Origin: Trueperaceae bacterium
GTDB lineage: Bacteria; Deinococcota; Deinococci; Deinococcales; Trueperaceae
DNA: 64,000 nt
Assembly: GCA_034520945.1 (NCBI GenBank)
Contig: JAXHNB010000006.1
Location: forward strand, 416,001-480,000
Direction: 5' to 3'
Below, in pieces: positions 18,840 through 27,998 of this stretch; the first letter of the stretch is position 1, and the number at the start of each line of letters is the position of its first letter. The position numbers and the translations under genes were made by a program. The notes below the pieces were generated by a model, which worked only from the letters and a program-made list of their open reading frames with translations, did no database searches and was not told where the DNA came from.

Positions 18840-20141
18840 CTACCGCACGTCGTACGCCCGCACGAAGCCACCGGCCCCGATGACGCCGACGGTGGCGCCT
18901 TGAATCGGACCACGCGCGGTTCCGACGACGCGAAGGCCGTCGCGGGTTGCAACGACGCCGTGCGCACCGTCGAACGCGTCGCTGCCGAACTGGCTGTCCC
19001 AGCGAAGCTCGCCGTTCGGGTCCAGGGCGATCAGGAAGGCGTCGGCGATGCCTCGCACCTCCCCGGCCACGTCGCCCTCCGTTCCGCCGACCACGAAGGC
19101 GCTGCCGTCCGCCGTGACCGCGAGCCCGTAGCGCATGTCACGACGGGTAGGCCCAAAGGCGTAGCTCCAGCGCTCGCTGCCGGCCGGGTCGAACGCGCGG
19201 ACGAACGCCGGTTCGGCCCCGCGATCGTCCTCGCTGGATGGGCCCGCGCCCGCCGCTACCAGGCCGCCGTCTGGACCGAACGCCACGGCGTAGGCGTACT
19301 CGTGGAGTTCGCCCCCGAACTGGTTCGTCCCGATCGGCGCGCCGTCGGCATCGTGGCGCCGCAGGAAGGCGTCCCAGCCGCCGCCGGGCGCGCCGCCCAA
19401 CGCGCCGCGCGTCTGGCCCGCGACGGCGACGACGTCGGTCTCGTCGGTCGCGACGTCGCGAAGGCGGTCGTCCTCGGCGCTACCGAACTGCCGACGCCAG
19501 CGTTCCGCGCCACCTTCGTCGAAGGCGATCAGGAAGGCGTCCTCACCCCCCGCCGAGGGTCCGGCAAAGTCGCCGCCCGTCCAACCGGCGACGACGAGCG
19601 ACCCGTCGGACCTGAACGTGACGGCGCTTGCAACGTCCTCGGCGGGCGTCCCTAGCGTGTGCTCCCAAAGCGTGACGCCCTGAGCGTCCAGGACGACGAG
19701 GAAACCGTCGGTCTGGCCCGCGGATGGGCCGGCGAGTGCGCCGTCGGTCTGTCCGACTACGGCGATCCTCCCCTCGGGACCGATCGCGATCGCTTCGGCG
19801 AAGTCCTCGTCGCTGGACCCGAACTGTCGCGCCCAAGACGGGGCGCCGTCGGGTCCGATCGCTTGGACGAAGACGTCGAAGCCGCCAGCCGCCACGCCGT
19901 CCTCGAGCTCGCCCATGGTGTAGCCGGCGGCGAAACTCGTGCCGTCGTTTCGCACGGCGATGCCGGCCGTGAAGTCCACCTCCGTGGTGCCGAACTGGTG
20001 GGTCCAGGTGACCGCGGGGGGATCGGCGGCGAAGGCGGCCATTCCCCACGTTGCGGCCAGCGCCAGCATCGTGAGCGAGCGCAGGAGATCGATGGGTACG
20101 ACGGGTAGCGTGGCGTGCGAATCGACGCGCGATGTTCGCAT
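18840..20141 (-). CDS. Secreted beta-propeller repeat (SBBP-like) protein
   Basis: Repeated W..QFG...D....A....DG...V.G.T.G...DAF units. Confidence 0.8.
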   Translation of the reverse strand: MRTSRVDSHATLPVVPIDLLRSLTMLALAATWGMAAFAADPPAVTWTHQFGTTEVDFTAGIAVRNDGTSFAAGYTMGELEDGVAAGGFDVFVQAIGPDGAPSWARQFGSSDEDFAEAIAIGPEGRIAVVGQTDGALAGPSAGQTDGFLVVLDAQGVTLWEHTLGTPAEDVASAVTFRSDGSLVVAGWTGGDFAGPSAGGEDAFLIAFDEGGAERWRRQFGSAEDDRLRDVATDETDVVAVAGQTRGALGGAPGGGWDAFLRRHDADGAPIGTNQFGGELHEYAYAVAFGPDGGLVAAGAGPSSEDDRGAEPAFVRAFDPAGSERWSYAFGPTRRDMRYGLAVTADGSAFVVGGTEGDVAGEVRGIADAFLIALDPNGELRWDSQFGSDAFDGAHGVVATRDGLRVVGTARGPIQGATVGVIGAGGFVRAYDVR

Positions 20142-20232
20142 CGAGGACCTCCTGGACGGGGAAGCGAAGATGGTGGACAACGTGGCGTGCCGAGCGGATC
20201 GTACCAGCGATGGCTCCCCAACTCGCGCGCGG

Positions 20233-22308
20233 CTACAGGTCATCCAACAGCAGTGCCCCGCCCAACGCCACCTGCCCGAAGGTGGCGGACGGCATCGGCC
20301 GGCCGAAGTGGAAGCCCTGCAGCCAGTTGGCGCCCTCCCAGTACAGGAAGTCGGCCTGGGTCTTGGTCTCGACCCCTTCGGCGATGATGCGCAGGTCCAG
20401 CGACTGCGCCATGGCGATGATGGTGCGCACCAGCGCGAAGTTCCGCTGGTTCTCCGGCACGTCGCGCAGGAAGCCGCGGTCGACCTTGACGATCTCGAAC
20501 GGGAGGTGCTGCAGCTGCCCCAGGTTGGAGTAGCCGGTCCCGAAGTCGTCGATGGCCAGGGACACGCCCAGCTCGGACAGGCCGGTCAGGACGCGCGCGG
20601 CCTCGCGCGGGTAATGCATGGCGAAGGTCTCGGTCACCTCGGCGATCACGTTGGCGGGCTCGACGCCGGTGTCTTCCAGCAGGGTGGCGAAGCGCGCCAC
20701 GAAGTCGGGCCGTTCCAACTGCCGCGCGGAGAGGTTCATCGACAACGTCAGCTCGGGCTTGGCGCGGTTCCACTGCCGGAGCTGCGTCATGGCTACGCGT
20801 TGCAGCCACGTCTCCATCTCGACGATCTGGCCGCTGCGTTCGGCCTGGGGGATGAACTCGGCGGGCGGCACCAGGCCCCGGTCCGGGTGGTGCCAGCGCA
20901 TCAGCGCTTCGGCGCCCACCACCTGCTGGTTCTTGGCGTTCACCAGCGGTTGGTAATACACCTCGAGCTGATCCAGTTCGGTGGCGCGCGCCAACTCGGC
21001 CTCGATGCCCTGCTGGCGCACCTGTTGGCGGCCGAGCTCCTCATTGAAGGCGGTCCAATGCCCGCGCCCGTGGCGCTTGGCATGCGCGAGGGCGTAGTCG
21101 ACCTCGCGCATCAGGTCCTCGCCCGCCTGGCCGCTCCGGGCGTGAGCCAGGCCCATGCTGGCGCCGACCTCGATGCGTTGCCCGCCCACGCGTGGCGCAC
21201 CGTCCAACTGGTTGCGGATCCGCTCGGCCACCTGCCGCGCGGCGTCCTCGTCCTGCACGCCGCGGAGGAGGAGGGCGAATTCGTCGCTGCCCAGGCGTGC
21301 CGGCATGTCGTCGGGGCGGATGGCACGCTCGAGCTGCCGCGCGACCCAGCGCAGCAGCCGGTCGCCGATCTCGTGCCCGTGCAGGTCGTTGACCTGCCGG
21401 AAGTGGTCCAGGTCGAGGCCCAGCACGGTGAGGGGTTCGCCGGCCGCCAACGACCGGTCCAGTTCGGCGAAGAACGAGGCGCGGTTGGCCAGGCCCGTCA
21501 GCGGGTCCAACTGCGTGTTGTGTTCGATCAACCGCCGTTGGCGGCGTAGTTCGGTGACGTCGCGGTAGAGCGCGACCACGCCGTGGGGTGCAGAGCGGTC
21601 GGGGTGATGCAGCGGGTGGGCGTCGACCCGCAGCCAGGTGGTGCCGTCGCCACGCGTGAGACCGATGACGACGTCCAACACGGGCCGTCCCGCGTCCAGG
21701 GCCCGGGCGGGCGGAGCCTCCCGGTCGGAGAGGGACTGCCCGTCCTCGTCGATCACCGAGCCGTCGCACTGCAGGATCGCGTCGGGCGCATCCAACAGCG
21801 TGCGGGCGGCGCGGTTGGCGTGGCGGATGGACAGGTCGGGGGCGTGCACGACCACGCCCACCTCGAGGGCCTCGAAGATCGCGTCGTGGTCGCGTTTCAG
21901 GTCGCGCAGCTCGCTGAGGTCGCGCCCCTCCAAGATGAGCAGGGTCGGGCTTCCCTCCGCGTCCCGGTAGGCACGCAGGGTGAGGTCCAGGCACCTGAGG
22001 CCACCGTGGCCGTACACGTCGCTGATCGTCCGCATCTCCTCGCCGCTGCTGACCAACCCGGTCGACTGCCGCAGTTGCTCCCGTAGCGTGGGGTCGCCCG
22101 CGAACCAGGGCGTCTCCCACACCGGCCGCCACACCACCGCGTCGCGCGCGCTGTCGATCGCGCTCAACGCCAGGTCGTTGACCTCGACCAGCACGCCGTC
22201 GGGCGTGAGCAACCACGTCCACAGGTACCGGCTCTGGAACACGGCCTGGAAGTGGTTGCCGAGCGAGGGCGTGCGGCCGCTGCGGGTTCGATGGTCGTCG
22301 GTCGGAAT
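20233..22308 (-). CDS. PAS-PAS-GGDEF-EAL c-di-GMP enzyme (start either ATT 22308 or GTG 22242)
   Basis: DPLTGLANR, RPDD I-site, GSDEF, EAL, DDFGTGYS, EGVE. Confidence 0.92.
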   Translation of the reverse strand: MPTDDHRTRSGRTPSLGNHFQAVFQSRYLWTWLLTPDGVLVEVNDLALSAIDSARDAVVWRPVWETPWFAGDPTLREQLRQSTGLVSSGEEMRTISDVYGHGGLRCLDLTLRAYRDAEGSPTLLILEGRDLSELRDLKRDHDAIFEALEVGVVVHAPDLSIRHANRAARTLLDAPDAILQCDGSVIDEDGQSLSDREAPPARALDAGRPVLDVVIGLTRGDGTTWLRVDAHPLHHPDRSAPHGVVALYRDVTELRRQRRLIEHNTQLDPLTGLANRASFFAELDRSLAAGEPLTVLGLDLDHFRQVNDLHGHEIGDRLLRWVARQLERAIRPDDMPARLGSDEFALLLRGVQDEDAARQVAERIRNQLDGAPRVGGQRIEVGASMGLAHARSGQAGEDLMREVDYALAHAKRHGRGHWTAFNEELGRQQVRQQGIEAELARATELDQLEVYYQPLVNAKNQQVVGAEALMRWHHPDRGLVPPAEFIPQAERSGQIVEMETWLQRVAMTQLRQWNRAKPELTLSMNLSARQLERPDFVARFATLLEDTGVEPANVIAEVTETFAMHYPREAARVLTGLSELGVSLAIDDFGTGYSNLGQLQHLPFEIVKVDRGFLRDVPENQRNFALVRTIIAMAQSLDLRIIAEGVETKTQADFLYWEGANWLQGFHFGRPMPSATFGQVALGGALLLDDL

Positions 22309-22417
22309 GAGGACCCCCTTTCGTCAGGGAGGCCAGGGTAGGCGGTCGGACCCCCGGGGCGCCGCCGATTGCCTCACACCCGAGCGTGCAGTACGTGGAT
22401 GCGCCGGGCGCGGCGCC

Positions 22418-22621
22418 TCAGTGCCCGTCGTCCTCCGCGCCCGCGTCCTCTTGCGACCGTGTGGTGCCGTTCGGGTACTGGTTCGGCACCTCGGTGTCGT
22501 CGCGGATGCTGTTGCGCCACACGTCGACGTCGGTCGTTCCCTTCGGGAACGACTGCGGCGGCGTGCAGGCGGCGAGGGCGAGGGCGAGCGGCAGCAGGAT
22601 CACGAGGATGCGTCGGCGCAT
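22418..22621 (-). CDS. Small lipoprotein
   Basis: GGAGG RBS; MRRRILVILLPLALALAAC. Confidence 0.7.
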   Translation of the reverse strand: MRRRILVILLPLALALAACTPPQSFPKGTTDVDVWRNSIRDDTEVPNQYPNGTTRSQEDAGAEDDGH

Positions 22622-22732
22622 GGGCGTACCTCCCGGGAGTCGCGCCCGAGGCTACCACCGCCCAGGGGCGCACGAGCGGGGCCGACCGCGCGCGTCGGTC
22701 GGCCCCGGCCCGTCGTTGCCTGCTGCGTGGTG

Positions 22733-23620
22733 TCAGCCGGCGCGGCGCTCGGCTTCATTGCGGAAGTACCGGTAGGTGTCGTTGCCGGGCGCCAGCTCGG
22801 CGGCGCGCTCGTAGTGGCGCTGCGCCACCCGCCACGACTGGCGTTCGAACGCGACGCGCCCGCGCCAGGCCCACGCTTCGGGGTAGTCGGCGTTCGCATC
22901 GGTGGCGCGCTCGAACGAGCGAGCGGCGCCGTCCAGGTCGCCGTTCTCATAGCGCCGCACGCCTTCCCGGAAGGCGTTGACGGCCTGAACGCCCCATTCG
23001 GCCTGGTCCTGCGCCAGCCGCAGGAAGTACGAGGCGCGGGCGTCGTCCGAATCCTGCTCCGCAGCAGCCTCCCAGTAGGGGATCGCGTCGACCGGCCGGC
23101 CCTGCTCCATGCGGATGCGACCCATCCACACGCGCGAGGCGCGATGGAAGGAGACGGCGTCCAGGACGTCCATGTGGATGCTGGCGGCCTGCTGGAGGTC
23201 CCCGCGCTGGTAGGCGGCGTACGCCATCTCCTCGCCGGCACCTGTGAACAACGGCGTCCACTCGGGCGTCAGGTCATGGCCTTCGGCCAGGTAGCGGTTC
23301 CAGGTGCGCCACGCGGGCCCGTAGAAGTTGGTGCGGCTGTAGATCTCGGCCAGGAGGCCGAGCGTCTCACGGTCGTTCGGCGCCAACTCCACGGCGCGCC
23401 GGGCGTGCGAGATCGCTTTGGACCAGTTCGGCCGGTCGGGGTAGGGCGCCTCATTCGCGGCGATGGCGTCCTGCATGGCGGTGCGGGCGGCGTTCACCGC
23501 TTGCTCGCGCGGGGTGGCGTCCTGGTCCTGCGCGAAGCCTGTGCCCGTGGCCAGCAAAAGGCCCAGAAGCAAGGCGAGGACGCCTCGGCTCCATGGTGTG
23601 GGTGCAGCATGATCGGACAT
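22733..23620 (-). CDS. Secreted tetratricopeptide-repeat protein
   Basis: Signal peptide; TPR-like units such as AWAWRGRVAF..YERAAELAP. Confidence 0.8.
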   Translation of the reverse strand: MSDHAAPTPWSRGVLALLLGLLLATGTGFAQDQDATPREQAVNAARTAMQDAIAANEAPYPDRPNWSKAISHARRAVELAPNDRETLGLLAEIYSRTNFYGPAWRTWNRYLAEGHDLTPEWTPLFTGAGEEMAYAAYQRGDLQQAASIHMDVLDAVSFHRASRVWMGRIRMEQGRPVDAIPYWEAAAEQDSDDARASYFLRLAQDQAEWGVQAVNAFREGVRRYENGDLDGAARSFERATDANADYPEAWAWRGRVAFERQSWRVAQRHYERAAELAPGNDTYRYFRNEAERRAG

Positions 23621-23725
23621 CGGGTGCCTCCGTTTCGAAGCGGGCGGCGTGCCGCCGCCCTGCACCACTCATCCTAAAGGCCCTCTCATGGGGGACGCGT
23701 GATGGGGCCGCAAGAAGTGTGAGCG

Positions 23726-24406
23726 TCAGGGAGGGCCGCCGCCGGGTTCCGGCGATGGTTCGGCGACGACGCGGGCGCCCTCGGGGCCGTCCAGCCACGC
23801 CAGCAGGGCGTCCACCGCCCGGCCGCGGTGGCTGACGGCGCGCTTCTCTTCGCGCGTCGCTTCGCCGAAGGCGCGGCCGAGCTCCGCGCTGTAGAACACG
23901 GGATCGTAGCCGAACCCGCCCTGCCCGCGCGGCCCCTGCAGGATGCGCCCCTCGCAGCGCCCCTCGAAGGTGCGCACCTCGCCCGCGGGGGTGGCCAGCG
24001 CCAGCACCGACACGAACCGTGCCCCCCGGTCGCCTTCGGGCACGTCGCGCATGCGCGCCAACAGGTGGGCGATGCGCTCGCCGGGGCTGAGCCCTTCGCC
24101 CCCAAAGCGCGCCGAGTACAGGCCGGGCGCCCCGCGCAGGGCGTCCACCTCGAGGCCGGAATCGTCGGCCAGGGCCGGCAGGCCGGTGGCCGTGGCCACG
24201 TGGGCGGCCTTGATCAACGCGTTCGCTTCGTAGGTGTCGCCGTCCTCCGCCGGGAAACGCACCACGCCTACGTCGCGGGCGCCGAGGAGCTCGAACGGCC
24301 GGTCGCCGAACGCCGCGCGCAACTCCAAGACCTTGTCGGGGTTGCCCGTGGCGATGATCAGTCGGGTGACGCCGGGCGCAGGGGGGCGGTCCGGCCAGGC
24401 GCTCAC
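23726..24406 (-). CDS. rdgB: Non-canonical purine NTP pyrophosphatase
   Basis: ATGNPDK, ADDSGL, GFGYDP, SHRGRA; overlaps rph. Confidence 0.93.
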   Translation of the reverse strand: MSAWPDRPPAPGVTRLIIATGNPDKVLELRAAFGDRPFELLGARDVGVVRFPAEDGDTYEANALIKAAHVATATGLPALADDSGLEVDALRGAPGLYSARFGGEGLSPGERIAHLLARMRDVPEGDRGARFVSVLALATPAGEVRTFEGRCEGRILQGPRGQGGFGYDPVFYSAELGRAFGEATREEKRAVSHRGRAVDALLAWLDGPEGARVVAEPSPEPGGGPP

Positions 24407-25113
24407 GGCAGGCTCCCTTGAACGGCGGCCAGCACGTCGGCGACGCCGCGCACGCCGCGACCGATCAGGCCGACGTAGGTCTCGGCGTCGATCGCCTCGC
24501 CCTCGGCGCCGCCCTGCACCTCGACGATGCGGCCGTCGCGGGTCGCCACCACGTTCAGGTCCAAGCTGGCGGCGTCGTCCTCCTGGTAGTCCAGGTCGGT
24601 GCGGGCCTCGCCCTCGACCAGGCCGACGCTGATGGCGGCGACGTCGGTGCGCAGCGGCCATTCGGACAGCTCGCCGTCGCGGATCATGCGGTCGGCCAGT
24701 TGCCGCAGGGCGGCGTAGCCGGCGAGGATGCCGGCGCAGCGCGTGCCGCCGTCGGCCTGCAGCACGTCCACGTCCACGGTCAGCGTCTTCTTGGGGAAGG
24801 CGTCCAGGTCGACCGCGGTGCGCAGGGCGCGGCCGATCAGCCGCTGGATCTCCAGGCTGCGCCCGCCGGCGTAGAGCCGCTCGCGGGGGCGGCGTTCGCC
24901 CGTGGCGCGCGGGAGCAGCGCGTACTCGGCGGTCAACCAGCCGCCCCGGGCCTTCCCGCCCCGCAGGTGCGGCGGCAGCCGCGCCTCGACCGAGACGGTG
25001 GCCTGCACCTGCGTGTCGCCCCAGGTGACGCGCGCCGACCCTTCGGCCCAGCGGTTCACGCCGACCTCGAGTGCGATGGGGCGGAGTTGCGTCGCGCTGC
25101 GTCCCTCTCGCAT
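24403..25113 (-). CDS. rph: Ribonuclease PH
   Basis: EIQRLIGRALR, QADGGTR, DLDYQED. Confidence 0.95.
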   Translation of the reverse strand: MREGRSATQLRPIALEVGVNRWAEGSARVTWGDTQVQATVSVEARLPPHLRGGKARGGWLTAEYALLPRATGERRPRERLYAGGRSLEIQRLIGRALRTAVDLDAFPKKTLTVDVDVLQADGGTRCAGILAGYAALRQLADRMIRDGELSEWPLRTDVAAISVGLVEGEARTDLDYQEDDAASLDLNVVATRDGRIVEVQGGAEGEAIDAETYVGLIGRGVRGVADVLAAVQGSLP

Positions 25114-25182
25114 GGACGGGAGGGTACCACCGGCGTGGGGAGCGCTTCACGCGTGCGGACGCGGGCTCGTGCCCCCGGTTAC

Positions 25183-25209
25183 ATACCCCATGGGGGTATA
25201 TGCTAGGCT
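25183..25209 (+). promoter_or_regulatory. CsoR/CstR-type operator next to -10 TAGGCT
   Basis: ATACCCCATGGGGGTAT pseudo-palindrome with G/C tracts. Confidence 0.7.
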
Positions 25210-25241
25210 GCGCCCAGATGAAGAGGGAGGTAACCTAGACC

Positions 25242-25907
25242 ATGGCGTTCTTGAACGAAGAGATCCAAGCACAGGTCCGTCCGCTCCTCGAGGAGCTAAC
25301 CAACCCGGTCGAGATGAAGGTCTACACCGGCGGCAAGGTCGTCGTGCCCGGACGAGACGCGACCGGCCACCAGGAGGAGACGCTGGGCCTGCTGCGCGAA
25401 GTGGCCGAGTTGTCGGACAACGTCACCGTCACTGAAGCGCCGCTGGCGGGCGACGAGGAGGCGCTGGCCGCCGGCATCACGCGTGCGCCGACCATCGTGT
25501 TCCGCCGTCAGGGCGAGGACCGGACCAACCTGCGATTCGTCGGCCTGCCCAGCGGGTACGAGTTCACCACCGTCCTGGAGGCGTTGCGCCTGGTGGCGTC
25601 GGACGACGACAGCGACGACCTCGTCGGGGACCTGAACGATCCGCTGCTGCTGCAGACCTTCGTGACCCCCAGCTGTCCGCACTGCCCTCGGGCGGTGCTC
25701 ACCGCCTTCGAGCTGGCGCTGGCCAACGACAAGCTGGTGGCCGAAGGGATCGAAGCCAGCGAGTTCCCCGTGCTGAGCCAGCAGTTCCGCATCTCCAGCG
25801 TGCCCGACACCATCATCGGGCAAAGCGCCAACGCCCGCGTGTTGGGCGCGCAGCCCAAGCGCCAGTTCGTCGACGCGATCCGCAACGCGGCGGGCGTCGC
25901 CGCCTGA
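25242..25907 (+). CDS. Two-domain protein disulfide oxidoreductase (AhpF-NTD/PDO-like)
   Basis: GLPSGYEF, VTPSCPHCP; N-terminal CxxC absent. Confidence 0.85.
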   Translation: MAFLNEEIQAQVRPLLEELTNPVEMKVYTGGKVVVPGRDATGHQEETLGLLREVAELSDNVTVTEAPLAGDEEALAAGITRAPTIVFRRQGEDRTNLRFVGLPSGYEFTTVLEALRLVASDDDSDDLVGDLNDPLLLQTFVTPSCPHCPRAVLTAFELALANDKLVAEGIEASEFPVLSQQFRISSVPDTIIGQSANARVLGAQPKRQFVDAIRNAAGVAA

Positions 25908-25932
25908 ACGCCGCCCCGAACGGCGCAACACA

Positions 25933-25963
25933 GGACGCCCCCTCCGATCCAGGAGGGGGCGTC
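25933..25963. terminator. Hairpin between convergent genes
   Basis: GACGCCCCCTCC / GGAGGGGGCGTC stem. Confidence 0.6.
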
Positions 25964-25997
25964 GACATGTCGAGGGACGTGCGCGGGTCGTGTCCGC

Positions 25998-27746
25998 CTA
26001 CGACGCGACGTGCGTCGCCTGGCTGGCGACGATGTACCAGGTCACGAACAGCGCCGACGTGAATGCACCGGCCCAGACCCGTCCGGTCAGGCGGAACAGG
26101 TAGGTCGACAGCATCCCGGCCAGCGGCAGCAGCACCACGATCTGGAACGCCACGATCGTCAACAGCGGCTCGCCGAACGGCAGGGGATGGCCCGACAGCA
26201 ACGGCACGTACTGGATCAGCAGCAGGGCCGCCATCCCCGCCGCCATCAGCACGCCGTTGCCGATCACCGCCGCCGCCATCGAGGTGCGTTCCCGGGGTCG
26301 CAACTGCCCGTGCAGGACCAACGCCAGCACCAGGAAGAACGCCGCGAACGCCGCCAGGTAGGGCAGCGCGACCTGCGCCTGCCACGCCTCGAGCGGGTCG
26401 ACCCCCAGCACCCAGAACCGCGCGTCGGTGCCGAACAGGGCCTCGACGCCCCACAGCGCCAGGTAGGCGGTCCCGACGCTGAGCACCGCCAGCAGGACCG
26501 AGCGGAACAGCCCGCCGCCCAGGCCGGCGCCGCCGGCGCCGGCGCGAATGCCGGTCATCAGGAACCACACCAGCCACCCGAGCAGGGCCACCGCGCCGCT
26601 GCCGAGCGCCCATACCACCAGCCCGTTGGTGATCTCTTGCGGGAAGCGGGCGCTGTTCGGCAGCCACTCCGCCGCCTGGTTCTGAAGCCAGAAGTACGCC
26701 ACCGTCGGGACGGCCATCAGCATCAGCGCGCCGATCCACCAGCCCAGGCCGTCGGCGCCCGCCGCGGGCTCCGGGTCGCGCCGCAGGCCCGCCAACAGCG
26801 GCATGCGCATCCACAACCCGCTCAGCGCGAACAACGACACGAACAGCCCCAGCAGCGTCAGCGTCGTGCCGGCCTCCTTCTGGAACCACACCTGATCATC
26901 GGGCGGAAGCGGATTGGGGGCGGTCGTGGTGCGCTGCAGCCACTCCAGCGTCGGCGCGATCCCGACGCGCGTGATGTGATTGGCGGGGTGCGTGGTGGCG
27001 GGCTGCGCCAGCCAGCGCGCGGTCCCCTCCTCGATCTGACCGTAGATGGTGCCGACCTCGACGGGCGGGTCGGTGTCGAACAGGGTGGCCAGCTTGTCGG
27101 TCTGCGTGATGGCCGCCCCAATCGGCGCGCCCCACATCAGCTCCGAGAACTCGTCGAAGCGTCCGTACACCAGCCCCAGGTTGCGCGGGAAGGTGGCCGT
27201 CCCCTCCGGCGCGCCGAACGTGCCGGTGGAGGCGCCGGAGATCACCACGGAGGCGTAGTCGTCCGGGGCCTGGCCCGCGGCGATCAACACCGCCCAGCCG
27301 CCCATGGAATGCCCCTCCAGCACGATCTGCTCGGGGTCCACCATGGGGAGGCTGCGCAGGTACGAAAGCCCGGCCGGCCCGCCGAACCCGCCGGCGAAGG
27401 CGGGCGGATCGCTGTCGCCGTGGCCGCTCTGATCCAACGCCAGCACGACGTACCCGCGCCGGGCGTACTCGGTGGCGTACGGCGACTGCGTCCGCTTGTC
27501 GTTGATGTAGCCGTGCACGGCCAGCACGCCCGGCGCGGGCGAATCGGCCGTCGCGGTGCGCGGGCGGTACAGCTCGGCGGCCATGGTGCGGCCGTCCTCC
27601 GCCTCGAACCGGACGGTGCGCACCTCCACCTCGCCGTTCGAGGTTTGCACCCGCTCGGCCCAATACCCGCCCCCGAACATGAGCAGGAGCGCCAGGACGA
27701 GCAGAACCACGGAACCGGGAGGGCGGGTGCGGACGGGTGCGTGCAT
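25998..27746 (-). CDS. Alpha/beta hydrolase with multi-TM C-terminal domain
   Basis: VHGY, GHGDS, GHSMGG nucleophile elbow. Confidence 0.85.
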   Translation of the reverse strand: MHAPVRTRPPGSVVLLVLALLLMFGGGYWAERVQTSNGEVEVRTVRFEAEDGRTMAAELYRPRTATADSPAPGVLAVHGYINDKRTQSPYATEYARRGYVVLALDQSGHGDSDPPAFAGGFGGPAGLSYLRSLPMVDPEQIVLEGHSMGGWAVLIAAGQAPDDYASVVISGASTGTFGAPEGTATFPRNLGLVYGRFDEFSELMWGAPIGAAITQTDKLATLFDTDPPVEVGTIYGQIEEGTARWLAQPATTHPANHITRVGIAPTLEWLQRTTTAPNPLPPDDQVWFQKEAGTTLTLLGLFVSLFALSGLWMRMPLLAGLRRDPEPAAGADGLGWWIGALMLMAVPTVAYFWLQNQAAEWLPNSARFPQEITNGLVVWALGSGAVALLGWLVWFLMTGIRAGAGGAGLGGGLFRSVLLAVLSVGTAYLALWGVEALFGTDARFWVLGVDPLEAWQAQVALPYLAAFAAFFLVLALVLHGQLRPRERTSMAAAVIGNGVLMAAGMAALLLIQYVPLLSGHPLPFGEPLLTIVAFQIVVLLPLAGMLSTYLFRLTGRVWAGAFTSALFVTWYIVASQATHVAS

Positions 27747-27998
27747 GGCCACCTCCAAGCGGGGCGCGCCTCGTGGGCGCGATGCCTGCGCCAGCCCACC
27801 CGTCCCGCCCGGCACGCGGCGAGGCGGCGCGGATGAGACGGAAGGCCGCTGGCGAGGTCACGCTAGCATTCCGGCGCGGGTGGGCGCGCGGCGAGTTTCG
27901 CACTTCGCCGTCGTGCGGGGCGGGGCGCCGGCATCCTCGGCGCCCCGCCCCGCGCAAAAAACGACCCGCTGTACCTCAGCGCATCGTAGCGCCGAACA

